Positions 7,654 to 18,700 of a DNA stretch of 60,606 nucleotides are shown here, piece after piece (position 1 is the stretch's first letter; every line of letters starts with the position of its first letter). The translations under genes and the position numbers were made by a program. Source of the DNA: Bacteroidota bacterium. GTDB taxonomy: Bacteria; Bacteroidota; Bacteroidia; Bacteroidales; GCA-2748055. The DNA is taken from positions 1 to 60,606 of the forward strand of contig PDRI01000097.1 of assembly GCA_002748055.1 (NCBI GenBank), read 5' to 3'. Under the pieces are notes generated by a model that saw only the letters and a list, made by a program, of their open reading frames with translations, did no database searches and was not told where the DNA came from.

Positions 7654-10320
7654 ATGAACAATTTAACTGGTAACAGCACAATGACTTCACAAGCTATCAG
7701 GAAAGCTTTCTTGGAATTCTTCGAGACCCGTGGCCATCATGTCGTCCCCTCTGCACCCATGGTGCTGAAAAACGACCCCACCCTGATGTTTAGCAATGCA
7801 GGAATGAACCAGTTCAAGGATTTCTTCCTGGGAAATAAAGAATCTGAGTACAGCAGAATTGCAGACACACAAAAGTGTCTGCGGGTTACGGGCAAGCACA
7901 ACGACCTTGAGGAAGTGGGCCACGACACCTACCACCATACCATGTTCGAAATGCTGGGAAACTGGTCCTTTGGCGACTACTTCAAGGAAGACGCAATAAG
8001 CTGGGGATGGGAATTTCTTACCGGGAAGCTTGGACTCGAAGCCGATCGGATGTATGTTACTGTTTTTGAAGGGGATGAAAAAGACGGACTGGAACGCGAC
8101 AGCGAGGCTGCCGAATGCTGGAAAAAGCATCTGCCCGAAGCCCGTATATTGGATGGCTGCAAAAAGGACAATTTTTGGGAGATGGGCGATACAGGCCCCT
8201 GCGGCCCCTGCTCCGAAATCCACATCGATCTGCGCAATGATCCCGATCGCAGGGCCATCGATGGTGCCGACCTGGTCAACAAGGACCATCCCCAGGTGAT
8301 CGAAATCTGGAACCTGGTCTTTATCCAGTTCAACCGAAAAAGCGACGGATCACTTGAAAGCCTGCCGGAAAAGCACGTGGATACAGGGATGGGCTTTGAG
8401 CGTCTGTGTATGGCCATGCAAGGCAAGCAATCGAACTACGATACGGACCTCTTCCAACCCCTCATCAAGGCCCTTGGAGAAAAAACCGGAACGGACTACG
8501 GAGAAAATGAAGCCGCCGACATCGCCATGCGGGTGGTTTCCGATCACCTCCGGGCCATTGCCTTCTCCATCGCCGATGGCCAGCTCCCCTCCAACAACAA
8601 GGCAGGTTACGTCATCAGGCGCATCCTGCGCAGGGCCGTCCGCTATGGCTATACCTATCTGAGCCGGAAAGAAGCCTTCATCCATGAGCTCGTTCCGGTA
8701 CTGATCGAAATCATGGGCGGAACCTTCCCCGAACTGGATGCCCAAAAGGAGCTTATTACCAAGGTTATCCGCGAAGAGGAACAGGCCTTTCTGGCCACCC
8801 TGGAGACCGGAATCAGCCTGCTCGACCAGCTTAGCGAAAAAGCCGAAGCAGCCGAACAAACGCTTCTATCGGGCAAAGATGCCTTCACCCTGTACGACAC
8901 CTTTGGCTTTCCCCTCGATCTGACCGAACTCATACTCGCCGAAAAAGGAATGAGCGTCGACCGCGAAGCCTTTGAAAAAGAAATGGAGGCCCAGAAAAAC
9001 CGTTCCAGAAAAGACGCGGAAAGGGAGTCGGGCGACTGGATCGTACTGGAGGAGGACGACAAAGAAGAATTTGTAGGCTATGATTGGCTCGAGACCGAGG
9101 TAAGAATAACCCGTTACCGCGAGATTACCCGCAAGAAAAAAACCTACTACCAGCTCGTACTCAACCTGACACCTTTCTATGCAGAAAGTGGCGGACAGAT
9201 CGGTGACAAAGGGGTTCTGGAAAACGACAGGGAACAAATCGAGATTATCGATACCGTGAAAGAGAATGAACTCATCCTTCATCTCAGCACTGAACTCCCG
9301 AAGGACCCGACCGCCAGCTTTCAGGCAAGGGTTGACCAGCACAGAAGGCTCTGCGCTGCAAACAACCACACAGCCACCCACCTGATGCACCATGCCCTGC
9401 GCGAGGTGCTGGGGAGCCACGTCGAGCAGAAAGGCTCACTGGTGGAACCCGGCTATCTGCGCTTCGATTTCAGCCACTTCCAAAAAATGAGTGCCGGGGA
9501 AATCCGCAAGGTTGAACACCGGGTCAATGAGATGATCCGGCTGAACAGCAAGCTGGACGAGAGGCGCAGTGTACCCATGCATGAAGCCCGGAACATGGGG
9601 GCTGTTGCCCTCTTTGGTGAAAAATACGGAGACACGGTACGGGTCATTCGCTTCGGCGACTCAATCGAGCTCTGCGGGGGTACCCATGCAAAGTCGACCG
9701 GTCAGATCGGCAGCTTCCGCATCCTTAAAGAAAGCTCCATTGCCGCCGGAATCCGCCGCATTGAAGCCATCACCGGAGAGGCTGCCGAAGAATACATCGA
9801 TGCCCGGCTCGACACCATGGCCGAAATCAATGGCCTGTTCGAGAAACAAAAGGATCTGGTCAGGGCCATCCGAAGCACCCTGGAAGACAACAGCAGGCTC
9901 TCCAAAGCGATGGAAGCCATCCACCGCAAGATGCTGGCAGAAACAGCCGCCAGGCTGGAAAGCGATGCTGAAGATTACAGGGGCTTCCGGCTGAATGCCT
10001 CCATCGTAAAGGTCGAGAATGCCGGACAGCTCCGCGACCTGGCCTTCCAACTTAAATCCAAAGATCCGGACCTGGCCCTGATCCTGGGTGCCGAAACAGA
10101 GGGCAAAGCCAACCTGGCCATCCTCCTTCCCTCCTTTTTACATGCCGAAAAGGGCCTCAACGCCGCCCAAATGATCCGTGAGGTGGCCAAGTCCATCCAG
10201 GGCGGTGGCGGTGGCCAGCCTTTCTTTGCCACGGCCGGCGGGAAGAACCCGGCTGGTTTGGAGGCTGCCATTTCGGCCGGGCGACGCGCGATTCTGGAAG
10301 CCCTTGGCCAGGCGGAGTAA
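7654..10320 (+). CDS. alaS: Alanine--tRNA ligase
   Basis: FEMLGNWSFGDYFK signature, class II core, HxxxH editing-domain motifs (HTATHLMHHAL) and C-terminal DHHA1-like GGGGG. An alternative start is MTSQAIRK at 7681. Confidence 0.95.
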   Translation: MNNLTGNSTMTSQAIRKAFLEFFETRGHHVVPSAPMVLKNDPTLMFSNAGMNQFKDFFLGNKESEYSRIADTQKCLRVTGKHNDLEEVGHDTYHHTMFEMLGNWSFGDYFKEDAISWGWEFLTGKLGLEADRMYVTVFEGDEKDGLERDSEAAECWKKHLPEARILDGCKKDNFWEMGDTGPCGPCSEIHIDLRNDPDRRAIDGADLVNKDHPQVIEIWNLVFIQFNRKSDGSLESLPEKHVDTGMGFERLCMAMQGKQSNYDTDLFQPLIKALGEKTGTDYGENEAADIAMRVVSDHLRAIAFSIADGQLPSNNKAGYVIRRILRRAVRYGYTYLSRKEAFIHELVPVLIEIMGGTFPELDAQKELITKVIREEEQAFLATLETGISLLDQLSEKAEAAEQTLLSGKDAFTLYDTFGFPLDLTELILAEKGMSVDREAFEKEMEAQKNRSRKDAERESGDWIVLEEDDKEEFVGYDWLETEVRITRYREITRKKKTYYQLVLNLTPFYAESGGQIGDKGVLENDREQIEIIDTVKENELILHLSTELPKDPTASFQARVDQHRRLCAANNHTATHLMHHALREVLGSHVEQKGSLVEPGYLRFDFSHFQKMSAGEIRKVEHRVNEMIRLNSKLDERRSVPMHEARNMGAVALFGEKYGDTVRVIRFGDSIELCGGTHAKSTGQIGSFRILKESSIAAGIRRIEAITGEAAEEYIDARLDTMAEINGLFEKQKDLVRAIRSTLEDNSRLSKAMEAIHRKMLAETAARLESDAEDYRGFRLNASIVKVENAGQLRDLAFQLKSKDPDLALILGAETEGKANLAILLPSFLHAEKGLNAAQMIREVAKSIQGGGGGQPFFATAGGKNPAGLEAAISAGRRAILEALGQAE

Positions 10321-10334
10321 GCAAAAAAGCCTGC

Positions 10335-11786
10335 TTAGCCGTCGTTTTTCCGGCTGATGAGGAAGAGGAAGCCAAACATGATGGCCCCGTTTACGATCAG
10401 CAATTCGAAACCAAATTCATAACCCCCGAACAGCAGGGATGAAAAACGGCTCAGCAGAAAAGACAGGATAGGCGACAGGATGGCGAAAACAGGCACAAGG
10501 CGGTCCCTCACCCGACGGCGGGTAAAAAGGCCGAAGGCGTAGAGCCCCAACAGGGGCCCGTAGGTATAGCCCGCAAAACGAAAAAGGGCAGAGATCACAC
10601 TTTCGTCATTAATGGCCCGGAATACCAGAATAACCAGGGCCAACACGAACGAAATAGCAATGTGCACCCGCCTCCTGGTCCGGCTCAAACGCCCGCTTTC
10701 CCAGTCTCCCGCTTCCAGAATGTCGACCGTGAAAGAGGTGGTAAGGGAGGTCAGGGCCGAATCGGCGCTGGAGTAGGCTGCGGCCACCAATCCAACCATG
10801 AAAAAGATGCCTACAACAGCAGGAAGGTAGCCCCCTGTCGCAATCATCGGAAACAATTGGTCGCTGGCCTCTGGCATGGAAAGGCCTTGAAACTGCACGA
10901 ACTGAATCAGAACCGCACCCAGAAAAAGAAAAAGCAGGTTCACCGGAACCAGGGAAAGGCTCATCAGGTACATGTTCTTTTTTGCCTCACGGATATTCTT
11001 GCAGCTCAGGTTCTTCTGCATCATATCCTGATCGAGTCCGGTCATTACTATGGTGATAAAAGCCCCGCTGAGAAAATGCTTCACAAAATGGTTCCCTTTG
11101 TGCCAATCGTCGAAAACCCAGATCCGGCTGTCGGCACTGTCGATGACGCGTCTGATCATCTCGCCCATTTGCAGATCCATGGACCGGGTAATTAAGATCA
11201 CCGAAACCACCACGGCAGTCAGCATACTAAAGGTCTGAAGGGTATCGGTCCAGATGATGGTGCGGATTCCCCCCTTGTTGGTATAGAGCCAGATGAGGGC
11301 GAGGGTGACCAGCACGGTGACGAAAAAGGGAAGATTCCAGGAATCGAAAACGGTCATCTGCAGAACACTTGCCACAAGAAAGAGGCGGAAGGAGGCTCCA
11401 ATAACCCGCGAAAGCAGAAAAAAGGAGGCCCCGGTCTTGTAAGATGCTTTTCCAAAACGCCCATCCAGATAGCTATAGATACTGGTCAGCCGGAGACGGT
11501 AATACATGGGCATCAGGACCTGGGCTATGACGGTATAGCCCACCAGATAACCCAGGACCATCTGCATGTAAGAGAACTGGCTGTCGGTCACCCAGCCGGG
11601 GACCGATATGAAGGTTACCCCGGACAGTGAAGCGCCAATCATCCCAAAAGCCACCACATACCAGGGCGATTTGCGCTCACCAATGAAAAAGGCCTCATTT
11701 CCTGCCCCTCGTGACGAAATCCGGCCGATGAGCAAAAGAAGTGCAAAGTAAATGGCGATGATAATGACAATGAGTGTAGCCGACAT
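10335..11786 (-). CDS. Sodium:solute symporter (SSF) family transporter
   Basis: About 13 hydrophobic segments and a GGIRTIIWTDTLQ motif. Confidence 0.8.
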   Translation of the reverse strand: MSATLIVIIIAIYFALLLLIGRISSRGAGNEAFFIGERKSPWYVVAFGMIGASLSGVTFISVPGWVTDSQFSYMQMVLGYLVGYTVIAQVLMPMYYRLRLTSIYSYLDGRFGKASYKTGASFFLLSRVIGASFRLFLVASVLQMTVFDSWNLPFFVTVLVTLALIWLYTNKGGIRTIIWTDTLQTFSMLTAVVVSVILITRSMDLQMGEMIRRVIDSADSRIWVFDDWHKGNHFVKHFLSGAFITIVMTGLDQDMMQKNLSCKNIREAKKNMYLMSLSLVPVNLLFLFLGAVLIQFVQFQGLSMPEASDQLFPMIATGGYLPAVVGIFFMVGLVAAAYSSADSALTSLTTSFTVDILEAGDWESGRLSRTRRRVHIAISFVLALVILVFRAINDESVISALFRFAGYTYGPLLGLYAFGLFTRRRVRDRLVPVFAILSPILSFLLSRFSSLLFGGYEFGFELLIVNGAIMFGFLFLISRKNDG

Positions 11787-11846
11787 ATCCTTGATTTAGG
11801 GCAACAAAAGTGTGGAAATTGTCAGGATGAAAAAAATAAATAGTGC

Positions 11847-11854
11847 TAATTTTG
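11847..11854 (+). promoter_or_regulatory. Candidate -7 promoter element (TAATTTTG) for recR-lysA
   Basis: Exact TAnnTTTG match 11 nt before the recR ATG, which would give a very short leader. Confidence 0.3.
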
Positions 11855-11864
11855 GCGCGAGCCT

Positions 11865-12506
11865 ATGAACATGCCCCATTCATATTCATCCAGGCTGCTC
11901 GAAGAAGCGGTCGATGCCTTCGCATCTCTTCCGGGCATTGGAAGGAAAAGTGCTCTTCGGCTGGTTTTACACCTCCTCAAACAGGACGACAGCGAAGTGG
12001 AGGGCTTCGGCAACACCATCCTGAAGATGAAAAGGGAGATTAAAAGCTGTAAAATCTGCCACAACATCGCCGATTCGGAGCAGTGCCAGATCTGCAGCGA
12101 CCCCTACCGGGACAGGGACATTGTCTGTGTGGTGGAATCGATCAGGGACGTGATGTCCATTGAGAATACCCAGCAATACACGGGCAGCTACCATGTACTT
12201 GGGGGCATTATCTCGCCCATGGACGGTGTCGGACCGGCCGATCTGACCATTGATAGCCTTGTTTCCAAAGTAAAGCAGCAAAAGGTGAAAGAAATCATCC
12301 TTGCCCTGCCCACCACCATGGAAGGGGATACCACAAATTTCTACATCTACCGTAAGCTGAGGGCCCTTCCCCTGACCATTTCCACACTGGCCCGGGGAGT
12401 TGCGATTGGTGACGACCTTGAGTATGCCGATGAAGTAACCCTGGGCAGGTCCATCCTGAACCGGACCGCATTTGAAAATACCTTCAAATCGATGGGCGGA
12501 TCCTGA
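11865..12506 (+). CDS. recR: Recombination protein RecR
   Basis: HhH motif [12 protein letters not shown]4 zinc finger [16 protein letters not shown] and a Toprim segment [10 protein letters not shown]. Confidence 0.95.
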   Translation: MNMPHSYSSRLLEEAVDAFASLPGIGRKSALRLVLHLLKQDDSEVEGFGNTILKMKREIKSCKICHNIADSEQCQICSDPYRDRDIVCVVESIRDVMSIENTQQYTGSYHVLGGIISPMDGVGPADLTIDSLVSKVKQQKVKEIILALPTTMEGDTTNFYIYRKLRALPLTISTLARGVAIGDDLEYADEVTLGRSILNRTAFENTFKSMGGS

Positions 12507-12542
12507 GTGATGCCCTATATTTGTGAATCCAATCCCACCGGC

Positions 12543-13772
12543 ATGGAACTAAAGAATAAAACGTACTACATCGGGGGCATCGCCCTGAAGAAAATGGTCG
12601 AAAAATATGGTTCACCACTCTATGTGTACGACAGTGCCATCATGCGCCAACAGTACGAGCGCATCACCAAAGCCTTCAGCTCCACCAGGGTGAAGGTCAA
12701 TTTCGCCTGTAAAGCCCTCACCAATATCAACGTCCTTAAGCTGTTCAGGTCCCTGGGATCGGGCCTCGATGCGGTCTCCGTTCAGGAAGTGAGGCTGGGG
12801 CTTAAAGCCGGTTTCTCACCGGAGGACATTCTTTATACCCCCAATTGTGTTTCCATTGAAGAGATTGAGGAAGCCCTTGGTCTCGGGGTAAAAATCAACA
12901 TCGACAACATCGCTATTCTGGAAGAGTTCGGCGATCGCTATGGCGCATCCCGGCCCGTGTGTGTACGCATCAATCCTCACGTAATGGCCGGGGGGAACAG
13001 AAAAATATCGACGGGGCACATCGACTCGAAATTCGGAATCTCCTATCACCAGCTACCCCATGTGCACCGCATCATTGAAACCAACGGAATGAAAATCGAA
13101 GGCCTGCACATGCATACCGGATCCGACATCCTGGATACAGAGGTGTTCTTGCAGGCCACCGAAATCATGTTCGAAACAGCCATGAGCTTTAAAGACCTGG
13201 AATACATTGATTTCGGAAGCGGATTCAAGGTTCCGTACAAGGCCGATGACGTGGCTACCGACATCGAGGAACTGGGCCTTCTCCTGGGGAAGCGCTTCAA
13301 TGATTTCTGCAGCGATTACGGGAAAGAACTAAGCATGGTCTTTGAGCCCGGAAAGTTCCTGGTGAGCGAGGCCGGCTACTTTATTGCGAGGGTCAATGTC
13401 ATCAAGCAAACCACCTCTACGGTATTTGCAGGCCTGGATACAGGGCTAAACCACTTTATCAGGCCCATGTTCTATGATGCGCACCACGAGATCATCAACA
13501 TCAGCAACCCGGAGGGGAAAACCAGGATATACACTGTAGTCGGTTACATCTGCGAGACCGACACCTTTGGATGGAACCGGAAGATTGCCGAAGCCAATGA
13601 GGGCGACTATCTGCTGTTCAGAAACGCCGGGGCCTATTGCTATGCCATGTCGTCGAATTACAATTCCCGCTACCGTCCGGCCGAGGTACTGATACATGAA
13701 GGGCGTGACCACCTGATCAGAAAACGGGAAAGCATGGACGACCTTTTACGCAACCAGATCGAGGTCCTTTAA
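12543..13772 (+). CDS. lysA: Diaminopimelate decarboxylase
   Basis: Motifs GSPLYVYD, the PLP lysine context NFACKA, HMHTGS, EPGKFLV and GAYCYAMSSNYN. Start chosen at MELKNK. The track start at 12507 (GTG) and an ATG at 12510 are alternatives. Confidence 0.9.
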   Translation: MELKNKTYYIGGIALKKMVEKYGSPLYVYDSAIMRQQYERITKAFSSTRVKVNFACKALTNINVLKLFRSLGSGLDAVSVQEVRLGLKAGFSPEDILYTPNCVSIEEIEEALGLGVKINIDNIAILEEFGDRYGASRPVCVRINPHVMAGGNRKISTGHIDSKFGISYHQLPHVHRIIETNGMKIEGLHMHTGSDILDTEVFLQATEIMFETAMSFKDLEYIDFGSGFKVPYKADDVATDIEELGLLLGKRFNDFCSDYGKELSMVFEPGKFLVSEAGYFIARVNVIKQTTSTVFAGLDTGLNHFIRPMFYDAHHEIINISNPEGKTRIYTVVGYICETDTFGWNRKIAEANEGDYLLFRNAGAYCYAMSSNYNSRYRPAEVLIHEGRDHLIRKRESMDDLLRNQIEVL

Positions 13773-13785
13773 CCCGCACCCGAGC

Positions 13786-15738
13786 ATGGAACTCTCGGTC
13801 GTCATCGTCAATTACAATGTCAGGTATTTCCTTGAGCAATGCCTCCATTCGGTTTTTGAGGCAATTGAGGGCATAGAAGCTGAAGTCTTCGTTGTTGACA
13901 ACAATTCAGTGGACGGATCCATGGCCATGGTGGCCGAAAGGTTTCCCCGGGCCATCACAATCAAAAACCCGAAGAACCTGGGCTTTTCCAGGGCGAACAA
14001 CCAGGCCATCCGGGCTTCGAAGGGCCGGTATGTTCTGCTGCTCAACCCCGACACGGTGGTGGAAGAAGATACTTTTCACAAGTGCCTGGCTCATATGGAT
14101 GCCCATCCCGATGCCGGGGCACTGGGTGTAAAGATGATAGACGGGAAGGGCCAGTTCCTGCCCGAATCGAAACGGGCACTGCCCACCCCCCTTGTTTCCT
14201 TCTATAAGATGTTTGGCCTGACCCGGCTCTTCCCCCGTTCGAAGGTCTTTGGAAGGTACCACCTGGGACATCTCAACAAGGACCAGAATCACGAGGTGGA
14301 GGTGCTGGCAGGAGCCTTTATGTTTATCAGGCATGAAGCCCTGGATCGGGCAGGAATGCTCGACGAAGCCTTCTTCATGTATGGCGAGGACATCGACCTC
14401 TCCTACCGCATTACCAAAGCCGGATACAAGAATCTGTATTTTTCCGAAACCACCATCATCCACTACAAGGGGGAAAGCACGAAGAAAGGCAGCCTCAACT
14501 ATGTCAGGATCTTCTACCAGGCTATGATCATCTTCGCGAACAAGCACTTTAGCCAGCGTATGGCCCGCAGTTACAGCCTGCTCATCAACCTGGCCATCTA
14601 TTTCAGAGCGGGCCTGTCGGTCATGAAAAGGTTTGCCCGAAAACTGTACCGTCCGCTGCTCGATGCCGGGCTCATCTTCGGAGGCTATACCCTTGCCCTT
14701 CCGCTATGGGAACAGGTTCGCTTCGACATAGCCGGGTACTATCCACCCTTCTTCCTGCAAGCGGTGGTGCCCGGCTATATTCTGATCTGGCTTTTATCCA
14801 TCTACTATGCAGGAGGCTACGACCGGCCTTTAAAAACCCTGGCCTTCCTGAAGGGGCATCTGATTGGAACCCTGATCATCCTGGTAATCTATGCCCTCCT
14901 GCCACTCGACTGGCGCTTTTCAAGAGCCCTCATTTTCATGGGTTCTGCCTGGGGCATGCTGAGCATGCTCGGACTCAGGCTCCTCGGTCACCTCGCGGGC
15001 AGTGCCGACTACCGAATCGACCTGAATAAACAAAAACGGCTGCTCATTGTCGGCCATGCTGAGGAATCCCGCAGGGTTCACGAACTTCTCCTTGACACCC
15101 AGATCAAACCCGACGTCGTCGGCTACGTTTCGCCCGACACAGAAGAAAAGGGAAGCGAGTTCATTGGAAAGGCGGAACAAATCGATGAAATAGCCAAGGT
15201 GAACCGAATCGACGAAATCGTATTTTGTTCGAAAGATCTCTCTGCCCGGTCAATCATCCGGATCATGACCCGGTTTAACGGAAACTCACCCGATTTCAAG
15301 ATCGCTCCACCCGAAAGCCTCTCGGTAATTGGAAGCAACTCCATTGACACGGCCGGGGAGCTATACACCATCCCGGTAAACACCATTGGAAAGGCTTCGA
15401 ACCAACGCAGCAAAAGATTGCTCGACCTCGTACTCGGAATGGCTTTACTGCTCACCTTTCCCCTTTGGATCCTGTTTGTCAGGGGCCACTTCAAAAGCCT
15501 GGGCAATGTAATCAGGGTTATTCTTGGAAAGCGAAGCTGGGTGGGCTACATGAACCTGGACGAAGGCAAGCTGTCTGAACTCCCTCCGCTGCGAAAGGGA
15601 ATTCTCCACCCGGGAATGGGCCTGCGTATCGATCACCAAAACCCCGAACGTGTCCGAAAAATAAACATGGTCTATGCCCGGGATTACAGTGTGATCAACG
15701 ATCTGTTGATAATCACTCGAAATTTCAGAGAGATATAA
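13786..15738 (+). CDS. Family-2 glycosyltransferase fused to a WbaP-like membrane/Rossmann/PGT-like C-terminus lacking the catalytic core
   Basis: N-terminus has VVIVNYN...VVDNNSVDGS...LLLNPDTVV (GT2). The middle has several TM helices. A Rossmann-like segment follows (RLLIVGHAEESRRV...IDEIVF). The C-terminus has KRLLDLVLGMALLLTFPLWIL, then directly VILGKRSWVGY and DYSVINDLLIITRN. Confidence 0.7.
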   Translation: MELSVVIVNYNVRYFLEQCLHSVFEAIEGIEAEVFVVDNNSVDGSMAMVAERFPRAITIKNPKNLGFSRANNQAIRASKGRYVLLLNPDTVVEEDTFHKCLAHMDAHPDAGALGVKMIDGKGQFLPESKRALPTPLVSFYKMFGLTRLFPRSKVFGRYHLGHLNKDQNHEVEVLAGAFMFIRHEALDRAGMLDEAFFMYGEDIDLSYRITKAGYKNLYFSETTIIHYKGESTKKGSLNYVRIFYQAMIIFANKHFSQRMARSYSLLINLAIYFRAGLSVMKRFARKLYRPLLDAGLIFGGYTLALPLWEQVRFDIAGYYPPFFLQAVVPGYILIWLLSIYYAGGYDRPLKTLAFLKGHLIGTLIILVIYALLPLDWRFSRALIFMGSAWGMLSMLGLRLLGHLAGSADYRIDLNKQKRLLIVGHAEESRRVHELLLDTQIKPDVVGYVSPDTEEKGSEFIGKAEQIDEIAKVNRIDEIVFCSKDLSARSIIRIMTRFNGNSPDFKIAPPESLSVIGSNSIDTAGELYTIPVNTIGKASNQRSKRLLDLVLGMALLLTFPLWILFVRGHFKSLGNVIRVILGKRSWVGYMNLDEGKLSELPPLRKGILHPGMGLRIDHQNPERVRKINMVYARDYSVINDLLIITRNFREI

Positions 15739-15774
15739 GCCAGAATTCCCTAATTTTAGGGAAATTGTATCCGC

Positions 15775-18700
15775 ATGAAACGACTCCTGTTCTCTGCCGC
15801 TTTTTTATTGCTCATCGCATCCCTTCCAATGAAGGCTCAACGGGATACCCTTCGACGGGTTTTCCTCAATGCCGAGTCCTGGATGCTCTACGAAGAATAC
15901 AAAGAAGCCCTCCCGCTTTATCGCAAGCTGCTGAGTGCCGATCCAGGCAATAGCAATCTGAAATACAAGATTGGCATTTGTCTGCTTAACGACCCTTATC
16001 AGAAGGACAAGGCCATCAATTACCTGCGTGAAGCCAGCCAAAACATCAATCCCGACTGCAAGGAAAACAGTTTTAAGGAAAGAACGGCTCCACCCGACGT
16101 GCTTTACTACCTGGGGGATGCCTATCTGGTAAACCAGTTGCTGGATCAGGCCGTAGCATCCTATGAGTCCTTTCTGAAAATCATGGACGAAGCCATTTAC
16201 GATGAAGAACTTGTGCTTGACCAGATTGAGGCCTGTAAACATGCCCAGGAGCTCATTGGAAAACCGGTTGACCTTGACCTTTTCCTGCTCGACACCCTCA
16301 TCAACTCCAGATACGCCGAGCTCAATCCGGTTGTATCCGGAGACGGGCAGACAATGGCTTTCATTAAGGAGCTCCCCTTTTACGACGGGGCATTTATCAC
16401 CAGGAAGCAAGCCGATGGCTGGTCCTACCCCCAGGCCATCACCTCTGCCCTGGGTTTCGACGAAGGCGTCTATCCGGTTGCCCTGTCCCACGATGGAACA
16501 GAGATGATTCTATACTACAATGACGAGTACATCGGAAACCTTTACTACAGCCGTCTGAAAGAGGGAATCTGGCAGAAGGCCAGAAAAATGGGAGAGAATA
16601 TTTCCACCAAATACTGGGAGTCGAATGCCTGTTTCAGTCCCGATGGGAAGTACATCTATTTTACCAGTAACCGCAAGGGGGGCTATGGAGGGCTGGACAT
16701 CTACCGTTCGAAGCGGCTGGACGGGGATAAATGGGGCAGCCCGGAAAACCTGGGCCCAACCATCAATACGCAGTACAACGAGGAAACACCTGCGATCACA
16801 GAGGACGGAACGCTTTATTTCAGTTCCTACGGCCACAGCAACATGGGTGGCTATGATGTGTTCCGTTCGAGCCAGAATGAAGATGGCAGCTGGACCACCC
16901 CCGTAAACATGGGGTATCCGATCAATACCACAGATGATGACATGTCCTTCGCGCCTATCAGCAACGGCAAGGGAGCTTACTATTCTGTTTACAGTTCCAA
17001 AGGGCTGGGCCGGCACGATATTTACTACATGGACATCTACTCCGAAGACAATCCCCGGATGTATGCCGTATCCGGAAACCTGAGCGCGCGTGACAGGGAC
17101 GGGACTTCTGCCGATGCCTGGGTCAATGTCCTGGAAGCCGATGACGGAGATACCTTACTCCGATTACCGGCCGACCCGAAAAGCGGCGACTTTATTTTCA
17201 GCGTCAAAAAGGGTGACTATGCCCTTCATATGGCTGCTGAGGGCTTCGAAACCCTGGTGGTGCCTCTGGAGGTGGGTTCTCCTGAAGACAAAAACGGCAT
17301 CAGTCTGGGCGGAAATATCACGCTTACTCCCCTGGAAGCCGGGGAAGAACATCTGGTTCTGGAAGGCGACGAAAGCATAATCAGGCTGCGTGAAAACAGC
17401 TATGTGGCAAAGGCCGGCGAATCCATTAAGGTTCCGGTCAGGGTGGAAAAGGGAAGTGAACTCCTGATCCGAACATACAAGGATGGCGTGCTTATTGACA
17501 CAGATACCATTTTGGCCAGGAAGAGGCGAATAAATCTGGATCTGGAGGTACATCCGGGCGAACAGCTCATCGAAATCGAAACCAGGGATAAAGCCGGAAA
17601 CATCCACCGGAATACCCTGAAGCTGAAGGGCGAAACCATAAGTGAAGAGAGCCGCAGAGACAAAGCAGAAACAGCCCGTGATAAAGAGGCCAGTGATGCA
17701 GGGAGCAGCGCCGGCAAAGAAGATCCCCGGAAAGCAATCGCTGACAACTCCGATCCGAGTACGGAGATCCAGGCCGATCGAAACAAAGAGGCCGTGGAAA
17801 CGGCAGGCGTGAACAGGTCCGATGGGACTGAAATCCTGCAACCCGAGGAGGTGTTGAGCAGGCATCCGGGCGAGGAGCTTACCACGAAGCTCATGCTCAT
17901 GGACCTCAGGGACGAAGCCCGGGGAAAACTCAAGCAGGCACTCGATGAGCTCGACCTTGAAAAAGAAGGAATCCACTCAGGCAGAGCTCTTTTTGAGCAC
18001 CTCTACCAGCACGCTGAAGAAAAGGGTTACAGCACCAGGGAGGTAACCGACCTGTTGGCCGGAGTAATCTCGGGCGGCAACCTTGAGGCTTTCATTGAGG
18101 CCCTTATCAAGCATTCCGACGGAGCCCTGCACGACTATCTCCTTGAGTTGGATACAAAGGCATTGGGCATCGACAGTCCGAAGGCACTTCTCCTTCATCT
18201 GCAAGAGCTTGGAGACTCAAAGGGCTTTAACATGGAGCAGGTCTGGGACGCGATGATTGAGGCACTCTATAAACCGGGAATGCCGGCTTCAGCAGTGCCT
18301 GCCGCCCTGACCCTCATCGATCTGAGGCAAAGTGCAGATGGCCCGCTGCTTGAAGCACTAAAGGACCTCGATCCGACATCCGGCGATCTCTTGTCATCCA
18401 GGGCCCTGTTTGAAAAGCTCTATGAGCTGGCCGGGGAATACGGCTATACCGAGGAAGACGTGGATAGATTGCTTGCCGCACAGCTGGGCATGGATGCGAG
18501 TGCAGGCAGAGAAGCCCTTTTGGCAGCCCTGGAAAAGGAAGAAATCAGAACCCTTGCAGAACTTGCGGGAGGAGGCGACCCCGCACTTCTTTTCAGGAAG
18601 TTGCTCGAACAGGCCGATGGCGCCCTTTCGGACTTCCTGACAGAAAAGGGAGAAGATCTGGAAAAACTCGGCTCAATAGCTGAACTCGTCAGGCTCCTGG

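Noticed and set aside
10318-10337. TAAGCA-8 nt-TGCTTA hairpin formed by the two convergent stop codons of alaS and the SSF gene, as a bidirectional terminator.
   Set aside because: The stem is only 6 bp and AT-rich, with no U-tract on either side. That is too weak to call.
15748-15761. Near-palindrome CCCTAATTTTAGGG between the GT2 fusion gene and the PD40 trio. The 12-mer TTTAGGGAAATT is shared with 1854-1865.
   Set aside because: - The palindrome has a 6-bp arm with a 2-nt centre, so no hairpin is feasible, and no second copy of an operator-like site exists.
- The 12-mer copy at 1854 lies inside Nif3 coding sequence, so the repeat is probably chance.
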